Shown here: positions 21,499 to 31,870 of the stretch, in pieces
Position numbering within the stretch: position 1 is the stretch's first letter
Layout: each line of letters begins with the position of its first letter
NCBI GenBank assembly: GCA_026004395.1
Contig: BPJB01000001.1
Location: forward strand, 713,226 to 777,225
Source: Patescibacteria group bacterium
GTDB lineage: Bacteria; Patescibacteriota; Microgenomatia; Levybacterales; UBA12049
DNA length: 64,000 bases
Direction of reading: 5' to 3'
Notes under the pieces: generated by a model
Database searches by the model: none
The model's input: only the letters and a program-made list of their open reading frames with translations
What the model was told of the DNA's origin: nothing
Position numbers and translations under genes: made by a program

Positions 21499-23001
21499 AT
21501 GAAATCCTTCAATATGCTGCCTCAAAAATTAGCATTTGTTGATATTGAAACAACAGGTGCACGATCACGATATGATCGTATCATTGAAATTGGTATTTTA
21601 CGTGTAGAGAATGATCAGATTGTTCAAACCTATTCGACTCTTGTAAATCCTCAAAGATATATCCCTAGTGAAATAGAACTTCTTACTGGAATCACATCAG
21701 ACAAGATAGAACAATCTCCAACATTTAGAGAAATTGCTGATGATGTTTTAGCAGTTCTTAAAGAAACTGTCTTTGTAGCACATAATGTACGCTTTGATTA
21801 TGGGTTTCTGAAAGCAGAGTTCAAGAGATTGAATAAGACATTTAGCTTCAAACATTTTTGTACCGTCCGACTCTCCCGTGTGCTTTTCCCAGAATTTACT
21901 CATCACAATCTTCATAGTATTATTAAGCGTTTTAATATCCACTGCGACAGAAGGCATCGTGCGCTTGATGATGCCAAAGCTATTTTTCAATTTTATAAAT
22001 TGCTCAAAGAATCGCACCCTCAGGAGGTATTCCTCAAAGCTATTGAACACATACTGCGCAAACCATATCTTCCTCCAAAAATTGATGAAAGAATTCTTGA
22101 AGATCTTCCAGAAAGACCAGGCGTGTATATTTTCTATGGATCAACATCTGATAACAAGCCCACTAATACCATAAACAATCAAATAGATAAAAAACTACGA
22201 AAGATAAATAATACAAAAAATTTAGTACCGTTATATATTGGAAAAAGCATTAATATCAAAGAAAGAGTACTTGCTCATTTTGCATCAGATATTCACTCTC
22301 CACTGGAAATGAAGATAGCGCAACAGGTCGAGAGTATCGAAACAATACCCACTGCAGGAGAGTTTGGGGCGCTTTTTATGGAATCACAGCTTATTAAAAA
22401 ACTTCTTCCACTTTATAACAAAAAATTAAGGCAGAAACGAAAAATGATCGCCATTAAAATGCAAAAAAACAAAGAAGGATTTCTTACTGTCATTATGGAA
22501 TCTGTAGCAAAACCATCAGTTGCCGAACTTGATTTATATGTTGGATTCTTCACATCTAAAAAACAAGCAAGAGATTTTCTCTTTAATATAGCTCAAGAAT
22601 TTAATCTCTGTGAAAAGCTCTTAGGCCTTGAAAAGACAAATACGAGTTGTTTTGGATATCGTTTAGAAAGGTGTAAAGGTGCGTGCATCAAGCAAGAATC
22701 TCCTCTTACCTATAATATAAGATGTTCTCAAGCATTTACAAAAACAAAAATAAAAACATGGCCATTCTCAGGACCAATTGTTATAGTAGAAGAATGCAAC
22801 TCAAACGAAAAAGCAGAATATTTTATAGTTGATAAATGGTGTATTATAGGACATATTACTGCCGATTCATACGAAGCTTTTAACGAAAATCATCTAGAGT
22901 ATACTTTTGACCTTGATACGTACAAAATACTTCTTCGTTTTTTAACGAAGAACAAAAGAAGAAAGCAGATTAAACTACTCTCCCCTCAACTCTACTCTTA
23001 G
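21499..23001 (+). CDS. DEDDh (DnaQ-like) exonuclease fused to a GIY-YIG/Cho-like excinuclease
   Basis: FVDIETTG, VAHNVRFD, HRALDDA; PGVYIFY...LYIGKSINIKERV; C-terminal Cys cluster. Confidence 0.92.
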   Translation: MKSFNMLPQKLAFVDIETTGARSRYDRIIEIGILRVENDQIVQTYSTLVNPQRYIPSEIELLTGITSDKIEQSPTFREIADDVLAVLKETVFVAHNVRFDYGFLKAEFKRLNKTFSFKHFCTVRLSRVLFPEFTHHNLHSIIKRFNIHCDRRHRALDDAKAIFQFYKLLKESHPQEVFLKAIEHILRKPYLPPKIDERILEDLPERPGVYIFYGSTSDNKPTNTINNQIDKKLRKINNTKNLVPLYIGKSINIKERVLAHFASDIHSPLEMKIAQQVESIETIPTAGEFGALFMESQLIKKLLPLYNKKLRQKRKMIAIKMQKNKEGFLTVIMESVAKPSVAELDLYVGFFTSKKQARDFLFNIAQEFNLCEKLLGLEKTNTSCFGYRLERCKGACIKQESPLTYNIRCSQAFTKTKIKTWPFSGPIVIVEECNSNEKAEYFIVDKWCIIGHITADSYEAFNENHLEYTFDLDTYKILLRFLTKNKRRKQIKLLSPQLYS

Positions 23002-23035
23002 CGGTATTCACCTCATGAGTAACACGGGCAGTCTG

Positions 23036-23515
23036 TTACTCCTCTACTACTATGGTCCCTCTCATACTTGGATGTACTGTGCAGTGATATGTATATGTTC
23101 CTTTTTTGGTAAAGGTGATACTAGCCTTCTCTCCTTGTGCGAGAAGTTGTGTATTGAAGGAACCATCATCTGCTGTTGCAGTATGAGATACAGCATCCTC
23201 ATTCACCCATGTCACTATATCTCCAACCTTGATTTTTAAAATCTTTTTATCAAACTCAAAATTCTTCATTGTTACTGTATTTGTTGTATTTCTTCTGGAT
23301 TCTTCAACAGTTGGAGTTGATTTTGCAGATAGCTTATCAGATGCTGTACGACCGCTAGTCATAAGTAAAAAGATCATAGCAATAATGACAAATCCTCCAC
23401 CTACAATAATCAAGAATGAATCTTGTTCATGACGGTGAGAATATGATCTGCTACTGCCAGTACTTTTTCTCTTAGATGTTGTCTTTATACTGGATGATCT
23501 TGTCTTTTTTGCCAT
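23036..23515 (-). CDS. Membrane-anchored cupredoxin (plastocyanin/amicyanin-like)
   Basis: WVNEDAVSHT, YHCTVHPSMRG copper ligands; SD AGGAGG before ATG 23515. Confidence 0.9.
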   Translation of the reverse strand: MAKKTRSSSIKTTSKRKSTGSSRSYSHRHEQDSFLIIVGGGFVIIAMIFLLMTSGRTASDKLSAKSTPTVEESRRNTTNTVTMKNFEFDKKILKIKVGDIVTWVNEDAVSHTATADDGSFNTQLLAQGEKASITFTKKGTYTYHCTVHPSMRGTIVVEE

Positions 23516-23686
23516 ATTTTCACCACCTCCTTTCTCTTCATTCTTGTACAGTTGACTGCATTCTATATTCAACAGATAGAATTACAGAATTGTACAAATC
23601 TCTTATGAAGAGGCATTCCCTTCTAACATGATACAGTATAAAAAGGAAGATATGTCAAGGGTGAATTTTGTAATCTAAATTAGAAG

Positions 23687-24421
23687 TTAGCGAGCGATAA
23701 GATAAGTAACTTTTGCTTTTTCTTGAAGACTCTTAATCCATGTTTGGACTTTTTCATTAAGTTTTTGTTGACGTAATTGCTCACGAACTTGTTTTTTGAG
23801 ATCCTCTTCTTTAGCATCTTGAGGAAGTGTGGATCTATTAGCCGTAATATAGTCATTGACTTCTTTATCACTTACTTTAATATCTTTACCAACCATTTTT
23901 TCAATTAGCTTTTGGAAATAGACCTGTTCACGAAGAGAGTCCCTGGTCATTCCTTGAAGCTGAAGTATATTATCAAGTTTTTGACCTTGTTTGGAGAGAT
24001 TTTCCTCAATTTTTTTAATCTCTTGATCTACTTCTTGTGCATTGACTGTTACTTTCTTCTTGCGTGCTTCCTGAAGAATAATCGTCTTTGTTATTAATGA
24101 ATCGAGTGCCTGTTTACCCGACATCTTTTCCATCTCCTTAATGTATGCAAGACGAGAAACAGGCTGACCATTGACCATCGCAACGACAAAGATACTTCTA
24201 AAATATACAGCTAATCCTGCAAGAAGGATTAAGATAAGTCCTCCAATCAGATATGTGCGTTTAATTTTAAAAGATTGAAGATTCTTCAATGAGGATGATA
24301 TTTTTTGTTGAGAGTTTTCTGTCTGAGTAACTGCAGTTTTTATCTGAGTTTTTTTTCGAGGGGCTCGAGAAATTTCTGGGGCTTTTTCTGTCTTTTCTGC
24401 TTTTGTTTTTCTTGCTGTCAT
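23687..24421 (-). CDS. SurA N-terminal domain / PrsA-like foldase
   Basis: VAMVNGQPVS, ALDSLITKTIILQEA, WIKSLQEKAKV. Confidence 0.85.
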   Translation of the reverse strand: MTARKTKAEKTEKAPEISRAPRKKTQIKTAVTQTENSQQKISSSLKNLQSFKIKRTYLIGGLILILLAGLAVYFRSIFVVAMVNGQPVSRLAYIKEMEKMSGKQALDSLITKTIILQEARKKKVTVNAQEVDQEIKKIEENLSKQGQKLDNILQLQGMTRDSLREQVYFQKLIEKMVGKDIKVSDKEVNDYITANRSTLPQDAKEEDLKKQVREQLRQQKLNEKVQTWIKSLQEKAKVTYLIAR

Positions 24422-24517
24422 TGATCAATTATAACACAAAATTTTTATTTGCAATATAGTTTTTTTTAATTCTTCCTTTTCTGACTCTACTCTACAAAAC
24501 ATTTATTGGCCTTGTGA

Positions 24518-25705
24518 TTATTGATTTGGTGCTTGTCCAAGAGTGACTTTCTGGTCAAATGTTCTTCCATTACCTTCTTCATCTTCCCGATAGATAGTAA
24601 GTGTAATAGTATCTCCAACTTTCTTTTTGGAAATAATAGTGGAGAGCTCTGTTTTATTAGCTCTTAGTTCCTGACCATCAATCTTTGTAATAATATCACC
24701 AGGCTTTATTCCTGCTTTAGCAGCAGAAGAATTCTCAACTACTGTTTCTATGTATGCTCCCTCTGGAACATCATTCCTCAAAGCTGCTGCACGAGAGATC
24801 ATCCGATATGAAACACCAAGAAAGGCTCTGTTAAACTGTCCTGTCTCATTAAAATTGCGTATTGAGTCCTTAATAGTGTTTATTGGAAGAGCAAAACCAA
24901 TATTCTGGCCTGCTTGAGAGACTGCTGTATTAACACCAATTACCTCTCCTGCAGAATTAAGTAGAGGTCCTCCTGAATTGCCAGGATTTATCGCTGCATC
25001 AGTTTGAATAACATTATCCAACTCCTCAACATATCCTTCAAAAACGCTTCCAGCGATTATTCCTCTACCAAGTCCTGAAATAACTCCTGTGGTAACAGTG
25101 TTGCGGAATTCACCTAATGCAGTCCCAATGGCAATTGCCAACTGACCTACCTTCAATTTCGAAGAATCACCAAGTTTTACAGGTTTAAGTGATGTACCCG
25201 GATGCTGTCGCGGATTTATTTTCAGTATTGCAATATCATTCAGAGGATCCCTATAGATATTTTGTACATCATATCTTTTATCACCATTGGCAATAACAGT
25301 ATACTTAAGTTGAGGATTATTAACTACGTGTTTATTCGTGACCACTAATCCATCGGAAGTTACAATAAACCCCGAACCGATATCTTGTGGCTCAACAGGA
25401 CCTAATCTCTGTTGATTGGGAAAAGGTATACCAAAGATAGAAAACGGATCATCTTCTGGAAGTAATCGTTGCTGTGTTGATTGAGCAGCAATGGTAACCA
25501 CTGATGGACCAACCTCTTCTACAACTTTGATGACAACATCCTCTTGAGGAAGAACTTTAATACGATCTTGTGATTCTGGTAAAAGTCTATTCACTGTCTG
25601 GGGCTTACCAATAAACTCTTGCAATTGAGGAATATATTTATTTCCGATTGTGACAACTCCAAGAAGAATTAATAAAACTACTAATAGTACTACAAGTTTG
25701 CGCAT
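24518..25705 (-). CDS. HtrA/DegP-like trypsin protease with PDZ domain
   Basis: GSGFIV, TNKHVV, IQTDAAINPGNSGGPL, PDZ domain. Confidence 0.96.
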   Translation of the reverse strand: MRKLVVLLVVLLILLGVVTIGNKYIPQLQEFIGKPQTVNRLLPESQDRIKVLPQEDVVIKVVEEVGPSVVTIAAQSTQQRLLPEDDPFSIFGIPFPNQQRLGPVEPQDIGSGFIVTSDGLVVTNKHVVNNPQLKYTVIANGDKRYDVQNIYRDPLNDIAILKINPRQHPGTSLKPVKLGDSSKLKVGQLAIAIGTALGEFRNTVTTGVISGLGRGIIAGSVFEGYVEELDNVIQTDAAINPGNSGGPLLNSAGEVIGVNTAVSQAGQNIGFALPINTIKDSIRNFNETGQFNRAFLGVSYRMISRAAALRNDVPEGAYIETVVENSSAAKAGIKPGDIITKIDGQELRANKTELSTIISKKKVGDTITLTIYREDEEGNGRTFDQKVTLGQAPNQ

Positions 25706-25720
25706 AGTGCAGATATATTA

Positions 25721-26989
25721 TCACTGTTTTATCAATACTTCAATAGCTTTCTCAAGCTGGGTATCGTGCTCTGGTTCCTTAGGATTAAGCTCAACTACCA
25801 CATCTGGAGTTAATCCCTTTTTATGTACCCATATTCCTTTGGGAGTTAACCATTTTGCGATAGTAACATGTAGTCCCGATCCTCCGCCAAGCTCTTCAGC
25901 ATTTTGTATAGTACCTTTTCCAAATGATGTCTCGCCAACAAGTGTTGCACGGTTATGATCACGCATCGCTCCTGCTAGTATTTCGCTAGCTGATGCCGAT
26001 CCTTTATTCAAAAGGATCACAAGGGGCGTATTAAGCATAAGCCCCTGCCTTTCAACGACAAGTTTACCTTGGGTACCATGACCATCATCTTGCAACACTA
26101 CAGCAGCTCCAGTTGGTAAAAATTCGGATGCGATGAAGACAGCATCGCTGAGGTATCCTCCTGGATTATTGCGAAGATCAAGAACTACTCCTTTAATACT
26201 AGAATCTTTTTTTATTTGCAGGCTCAACTCATTGGCAAGGGATAACCACTCTTTATTAGTATTATCTCCAAACTGAGAAAGCTTAATATAGGCTATTTTT
26301 TTATCTTTATTATCCTTAAGAATTGCATTTTGCATTTTTATAGAATCGATTTCTTTAATTGGTTTTACCCAATGAGTGACGCTTTTTATTGTTATCACAT
26401 CGCGAGTAATTGTAACAACTCTAGGCTCAGACTCGCCTTTCCTCAGAATTGTTAATGTGACATTTGTTCCTTTTGGACCACGAATTTTATCCACAGCTTG
26501 ACTTACTGACCAGCCTGCAGTGTATTCATCATTCACTTTGCCTATGATATCTCCTGCTTTCAATCCTGCTTTTTCTGCAGGAGTACCATCAAGTGGAGCA
26601 ACAATAATAATTTGCTTATCTCTCATTCCCAACTCTGCACCAATACCAGTAAATTGTCCAGCCAAACCTTGTTTGAAATCCGTATTTTGTTGTGGAGGGA
26701 GATAAACAGTGTAGGGATCGTCAAGGCTATTCACCATGCCGGAAATAGCACCATCTAATAACTTTTGAGGATCGATTGCTGTTTTATCATAGTAGTTATT
26801 CTCAAGTTTCTCCAAAACGATCCAAAATTTACTAAAATCAAGATTTTGATACTTTGAAGGTGGTTCTTTACCTTCTACCTGAACATGTGGCTGCCAATTT
26901 TTCCAATCCAGTGTAATTTTGTTGACACCTATGTAATATCCAATTAGTCCTGATATAAAAATAACAATAAAAAACCTTATTACTCTCAT
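25721..26989 (-). CDS. S41 carboxyl-terminal processing protease (CtpA-like)
   Basis: LDDPYTVY, LDLRNNPGGYL, SASASEI, SFGKGTIQ. Confidence 0.96.
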   Translation of the reverse strand: MRVIRFFIVIFISGLIGYYIGVNKITLDWKNWQPHVQVEGKEPPSKYQNLDFSKFWIVLEKLENNYYDKTAIDPQKLLDGAISGMVNSLDDPYTVYLPPQQNTDFKQGLAGQFTGIGAELGMRDKQIIIVAPLDGTPAEKAGLKAGDIIGKVNDEYTAGWSVSQAVDKIRGPKGTNVTLTILRKGESEPRVVTITRDVITIKSVTHWVKPIKEIDSIKMQNAILKDNKDKKIAYIKLSQFGDNTNKEWLSLANELSLQIKKDSSIKGVVLDLRNNPGGYLSDAVFIASEFLPTGAAVVLQDDGHGTQGKLVVERQGLMLNTPLVILLNKGSASASEILAGAMRDHNRATLVGETSFGKGTIQNAEELGGGSGLHVTIAKWLTPKGIWVHKKGLTPDVVVELNPKEPEHDTQLEKAIEVLIKQ

Positions 26990-26994
26990 AGTTG

Positions 26995-27828
26995 TTATTC
27001 TTTTTTAACAGATTTAACAGAGATAGTTCTCGCATCAGCATCTACAAAAACATTCTCTCTGTCAAATTTTACTAACTTCTCTGCTACATCTTCAGATACT
27101 ACAACAAGAGGTACACTGATGTTGCGTTCGTGAAGATATGCTATATCAGACTCATCAATGTTGGACGTAATGATACCAGAAACATCCAAAGCTCCTGCTT
27201 TTGCCAATGCTTCACGGCCAATACGAGCAACGAGAAGAATCTTTCCTCCATCATCTACTCCAAGATCACTGCTTTTAACCTCAAACCCTGTTTTAAAATG
27301 CACAGTACTTAACACTCCTTGTGTCTTACCCACTGATCCTGAAGTTCCTTGAAAAATATTATCTTCTCCTTTAATGACAACTGCATCATTATTACACACT
27401 GTGACGACACCATCAAGTGGTGAAACAATTATTTCTGGATTTGAGTTGAGAGTAACATTATTAAAATTATCAGACGATCTGATTCGAATAACGAGATTCC
27501 CTGTATCACGCTCAAAACGAAGAATTATTCCATCAACAGTAGAAATCAAATTGTCTTTCTTTAAACTGAAAATGCTACTTTTAGAAGCTAGAAGATCTCC
27601 TTTATGTAAAACCTCTCCTGGACTTTTTTTAAGATATTTCCTGACTACTGATAAAGGTGCATTAAATTCTGAAGTTAAATTAACAATACACTCTGTTGTG
27701 TCTTGAAGACTCGGAGAATCCGTTATAGAGGATGAATGTCTTGCTAATACCTGACCCACATGAACTCTGTCACCTTTTTTTACGAGAATATCAAAATTTG
27801 CTGGAATATTAATTGGCAAGGAGGCCAT
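26995..27828 (-). CDS. Hypothetical protein with barrel-sandwich-hybrid-like repeats
   Basis: LVKKGDRVHVGQVLA, KSPGEVLHKGDLLA, ISTVDGII, VSPLDGVV. Confidence 0.75.
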   Translation of the reverse strand: MASLPINIPANFDILVKKGDRVHVGQVLARHSSSITDSPSLQDTTECIVNLTSEFNAPLSVVRKYLKKSPGEVLHKGDLLASKSSIFSLKKDNLISTVDGIILRFERDTGNLVIRIRSSDNFNNVTLNSNPEIIVSPLDGVVTVCNNDAVVIKGEDNIFQGTSGSVGKTQGVLSTVHFKTGFEVKSSDLGVDDGGKILLVARIGREALAKAGALDVSGIITSNIDESDIAYLHERNISVPLVVVSEDVAEKLVKFDRENVFVDADARTISVKSVKKE

Positions 27829-27872
27829 ACATCCTCAGGTATATAGACGCATCTTATCTTAAATCAAAAGCA

Positions 27873-28115
27873 TTAATCACGAGCAACATACGGCATAAGA
27901 GCTAGATAGCGTGCATATTTAATCGCATCCGTCAGTCGTCTCTGATGTTTTGCACACAAACCTGTTCGTGCCCTACTTATAATTTTACCTCTATCGGTAA
28001 CATATTTTTGTAGTGTAGAAACATCAGAGTACCAAGGATTCTTATTCTCCTCACAGAAAGAACATACCTTCGGTGCGCTTATTTTTCTTTGTTGTCGTGT
28101 TCGTTTAACTGCCAT
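27873..28115 (-). CDS. rpsR: 30S ribosomal protein S18
   Basis: CSFC, GKIISRARTGLCAKHQR, AIKYARYLALMPY. Confidence 0.97.
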   Translation of the reverse strand: MAVKRTRQQRKISAPKVCSFCEENKNPWYSDVSTLQKYVTDRGKIISRARTGLCAKHQRRLTDAIKYARYLALMPYVARD

Positions 28116-28164
28116 ATAAATTTAAAATAAAATTAAAATCTAAGAAAAAATTTAAGATCAAAGA

Positions 28165-28665
28165 TCAGAATGGTATATCATCCGGAGGAACCATCTCTTC
28201 ATCTGTCGACGATGATGATTCTCCAGATTTAGACTGCTTAGGTGCAACGTTTTCCTCTTTAACTTTAGTTGAATTTGAAGAAGCAGATGGTTCTGCTTTT
28301 TCCTCCAACTCATCTGTCTTTGCAGCTTGTCCAGGTCTATCCAGTAAGATCATATCGTCTATTACTACCTCTGTAACTGATCTTTGTTGTCCATCTTGCC
28401 CAGACCAATTTCTTGTCGAGAGTCGCCCTTCAACATAGACTTTTCGACCTTTGACCAGAAATTGACTGCAAAGTTCTGCAAGCTTATTCCAGGCAACTAT
28501 ACGATGGAATTCAGTCTCTTCATGTTTCTCACCTGTATCTGTGGTCCAAGACCGATTTGTAGCTAATCCAAATGTACAAACAGCTGTACCTTGCGGTGTA
28601 TAACGTAGCTCAGGATCTCTTGTAAGATTACCAATTAACTGAACTCTATTTAAACTTCGTGCCAT
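28165..28665 (-). CDS. ssb: Single-stranded DNA-binding protein
   Basis: LNRVQLIGNLTRDPELRYT; C-terminal DDIPF. Confidence 0.98.
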   Translation of the reverse strand: MARSLNRVQLIGNLTRDPELRYTPQGTAVCTFGLATNRSWTTDTGEKHEETEFHRIVAWNKLAELCSQFLVKGRKVYVEGRLSTRNWSGQDGQQRSVTEVVIDDMILLDRPGQAAKTDELEEKAEPSASSNSTKVKEENVAPKQSKSGESSSSTDEEMVPPDDIPF

Positions 28666-28680
28666 ATTATTTATAATACC

Positions 28681-28968
28681 TTATTTTGTTCTTAATAACA
28701 AAAAACGCAAAATCTTATCATTTGCCATAAGACGCTTCTCAAAACCTTTTTCTACTCCTTTCTCCTCATCTGATTCGAGATGTAAAACATGATAAAAACC
28801 AGCAAGCTCATTCTTTATTTTGTACGCAAGAGGCTTTTGACCCCATGACTCTTCTTTGGTCACTTTTACGTTTTTCCCAAGCCATTCTTTAACACTATCA
28901 ATAAGCTTTTTCCTTTCTGCTTCAGAAAGTGAGGCTTTCAGTACTAAAACTAACTCATATAGTCGCAT
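28681..28968 (-). CDS. rpsF: 30S ribosomal protein S6
   Basis: MRLYELVLV, WGQKPLAYKI, ILRFLL; rpsF-ssb-rpsR gene order. Confidence 0.96.
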   Translation of the reverse strand: MRLYELVLVLKASLSEAERKKLIDSVKEWLGKNVKVTKEESWGQKPLAYKIKNELAGFYHVLHLESDEEKGVEKGFEKRLMANDKILRFLLLRTK

Positions 28969-29541
28969 ATGTTGCCTTATAATAGCAAATATAAGTCTAC
29001 AATAGCAAGTAGGAATTATTATTTATTACACTTAGCTTCATTTGTCTGAGAAACGAAATTTGAGTCATCTACTTAGGTATTATTACAAGAATTAGCTTTT
29101 AATAAGAGGAACATTACAGCGTTCCTTTGCATACGTTCACAACGGCATGTATTGTATTTCTAAATTAGCGTAAACTTACTTAAAGTTAGAACAATTCAAT
29201 CTTTGGATCTATTACATTTGAAATTTAGCGTTAAATTATTTATTAAATTAATTATTAACAGAAATTGCCGAAGTGTTCTCATGAAGTTGTTTGTATCATA
29301 TATTAACTTATGATACAGAAATATTTCCTTTTGATTCTATATCTAAATTTTAATTAAAATTCGCTCAGTTGCATCCCAATAAAACTATTTCGTACATCAT
29401 ACCACACCCTAATTTTATTAGAAAAAAGAATTGCTCAAAGTTAAATACCAGTAATCTACTGTAGATTTTAATTAGATCATAATCAGTAGCAAATTATATT
29501 TTTGGTAAAATTTGGTAATATTTGGAAATTTATATAAATCT

Positions 29542-30534
29542 ATGTTAATTCCTCCTAAATATATTTTTACACCAAAAATTTCTCAATATCTTCAGATAAT
29601 CGAGGCTGCAAAAAGCGTAATTGATACAATTAATATTCCTCCTGAAGTGGGGATGAATATAAGACGTCAAAACCTTCTTAAAAGTTCTCTTTTTTCTGCT
29701 CGTATTGAAGGTAATACATTAACTTTGGAGGAATTAACTCGCATACCCTCCAAAGATCAAAAGAAAGTGGAAGTTATAAATATTTTGAAAGGACTCCAAA
29801 TGGTACAAAAAAGAGGAGCACGCGACCTGACCATAACATTTATTAAAGATCTGCATAAAAAAGTCATGTCAGGACTAGGCGAGAAAGGTACCATCTGAAA
29901 CTTCCGTACAGAAATGAGTGCTATTTTCAACAGTGCGGGTATTGCAATCTATCTTCCTCTCCCGCCTCGACTCGTATTTGGACTGATAGAAAGACTACTC
30001 CGCTTTGCAAATAGTTCAAAAGAACAATTTGTACCTGTGCGTTCTGTACTTACACATTATACATTTGAAAAAATTCATCCATTTTTAGATGGTAACGGCC
30101 GTGTAGGAAGACTCCTATTACAATCAGTACTAGAAAAAACAGGATATGGGATGAAAGGACTTATCACAATTGATGAATATTTAGATAAACATCGAACAGA
30201 GTATTACGATCTTTTAGCTCTTGGAGAAAAAGACGTCACAGAGTATGTGGAGTTCATGCTTGAGGGTCTTGCAGAAACAGCTGAGTCAGCGAAAAAAATT
30301 ATACTTAATAAAAAACAAATACGACCTGAAGATTATCTTCTTCCTCCACGCGCTGAAATTTTGGAGATAATAAGAGATCACCAAATAGTATCATTTGATA
30401 CAATCAAACGAAGATTCTTTGCTGTCAATGATCGAACATTAAGATACGATCTCAAAAAACTACAAGATGCAGGGATAATCAAAAAAAGAGGTATAACAAA
30501 AGGAGCTTATTACGAACCTAAGAACCAATCTTAA
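29542..30534 (+). pseudogene. Fic family protein with C-terminal HTH, interrupted by an in-frame TGA
   Basis: SARIEGN, then TI*NFRTE (TGA at 29896-29898), then intact HPFLDGNGRVGR in the same frame. Confidence 0.85.
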
Positions 30535-31612
30535 ATTCAATTACGTCTCCGTCCTGAACTATATATTCCTTGCCTTCAAACCGTGCTTTTCCAAGTTCTC
30601 TTGCTTTTTTTCGTCCACCTGATACAACATAATCATCAAAACTTATAACCTCTGCTTTAATAAATTTTTTGATGAAATCTGTATGAATTTCTCCTGCTGC
30701 AGTCATTGCGTTAGTTCCTTTCTTTATTGTCCATGCTCTAACTTCCTTCTCCCCTGCTGTAAAAAAAGAAATAAGCCCAAGAGTCTCATAGGCTTTCTGA
30801 ATCAGCTTTTCAAGCCCTGAGTAAGCAAGTCCCATCTCACGTAAATAAGATTTTTGCTCTTCTGGAGACAATGCTGAGAGTTCTTCTTCTACTTTCGCAC
30901 AAACGACCACTATTCGATTCTGAGATATCTGAAAAAGATTAGCATAACGCTGTTTTATAACTTCTTGTTGAATAAGCGATTCATCATCCTCTGAGACATT
31001 GAGAATTATAATTTCAGGCTTTGCGGTCAAAAAAAACATCTTCTTGACTATCTCACTCTCTTCATCACTGAACTTCATCTGTCGCACCAATACGCCAGCA
31101 TTCAAATCATCAATAATACGTTTGAACAATATCTTCTCTGCTTGATTTTTGATTCGTGCCTCATGATTTCTGGCAGTCTGCAAATCTGCAAGTAATAGCT
31201 CTGTTTGAATCACTGCATAATCAGTTTCAGGATCACTGCTTCCCTCTCGAATGATTTTTTCATCTGTAAATGCTCTTACTACATGAGCAATGACACTCAC
31301 TTCTCGAATATGAGATAAAAATTTATTCCCCAACCCTGATCCCTCATGCGCACCCTTTACCAATCCTGCAATATCAACAAATTCAACAGTTGCTGGTTTG
31401 ATCGGAGGAAGCTCTACCATTTTCTCTTCTTCTTTGGTAATCTCAGCCAATTTTTGCAACCTCTCATCCGGTACTGGGACTACTCCTATGTTTGGCTCAA
31501 TGGTGGCAAACGGATAATTTGCAGCAAGTGCCTGCTGCTTCTTTAAAAGTGCATTAAAAAGAGTACTTTTGCCAACATTGGGCAATCCAATAATACCTAC
31601 GCTCAAGTTCAT
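30518..31612 (-). CDS. ychF: Redox-regulated ATPase YchF
   Basis: GLPNVGKSTLFNAL, NYPFATIEPN, DIAGLVKGA, EGKEYIVQDGD. Confidence 0.97.
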   Translation of the reverse strand: MNLSVGIIGLPNVGKSTLFNALLKKQQALAANYPFATIEPNIGVVPVPDERLQKLAEITKEEEKMVELPPIKPATVEFVDIAGLVKGAHEGSGLGNKFLSHIREVSVIAHVVRAFTDEKIIREGSSDPETDYAVIQTELLLADLQTARNHEARIKNQAEKILFKRIIDDLNAGVLVRQMKFSDEESEIVKKMFFLTAKPEIIILNVSEDDESLIQQEVIKQRYANLFQISQNRIVVVCAKVEEELSALSPEEQKSYLREMGLAYSGLEKLIQKAYETLGLISFFTAGEKEVRAWTIKKGTNAMTAAGEIHTDFIKKFIKAEVISFDDYVVSGGRKKARELGKARFEGKEYIVQDGDVIEFKIGS

Positions 31613-31870
31613 ATCCCAACTTTTAGGTAGCTAGCTGGTATGCAAGTGATATCTGTATCCATACTTCTACCCCGTTCCTTTATTTTAAAATAACTTTCTC
31701 TATTAGAGCTCAAAGAAATGTAATTTCCTGCAAGCATTATTACCTCTGCCTGATAAATAACTTTGGCTCAAACAATAAAAAAACTTTCTTATCTCCACTA
31801 GTCACAGCCATAAAGCTTAATTGCTATAATGAATACTAATAATAATAAAAAAGTCGTTATAACTCAATAA

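Noticed and set aside
29896-29898. UGA=Gly recoding (genetic code 25) suggested by the Fic TGA
   Set aside because: TGA ends intact genes at their expected termini (pepA, ssb after DDIPF, ctpA), and no other long ORF needs TGA readthrough.
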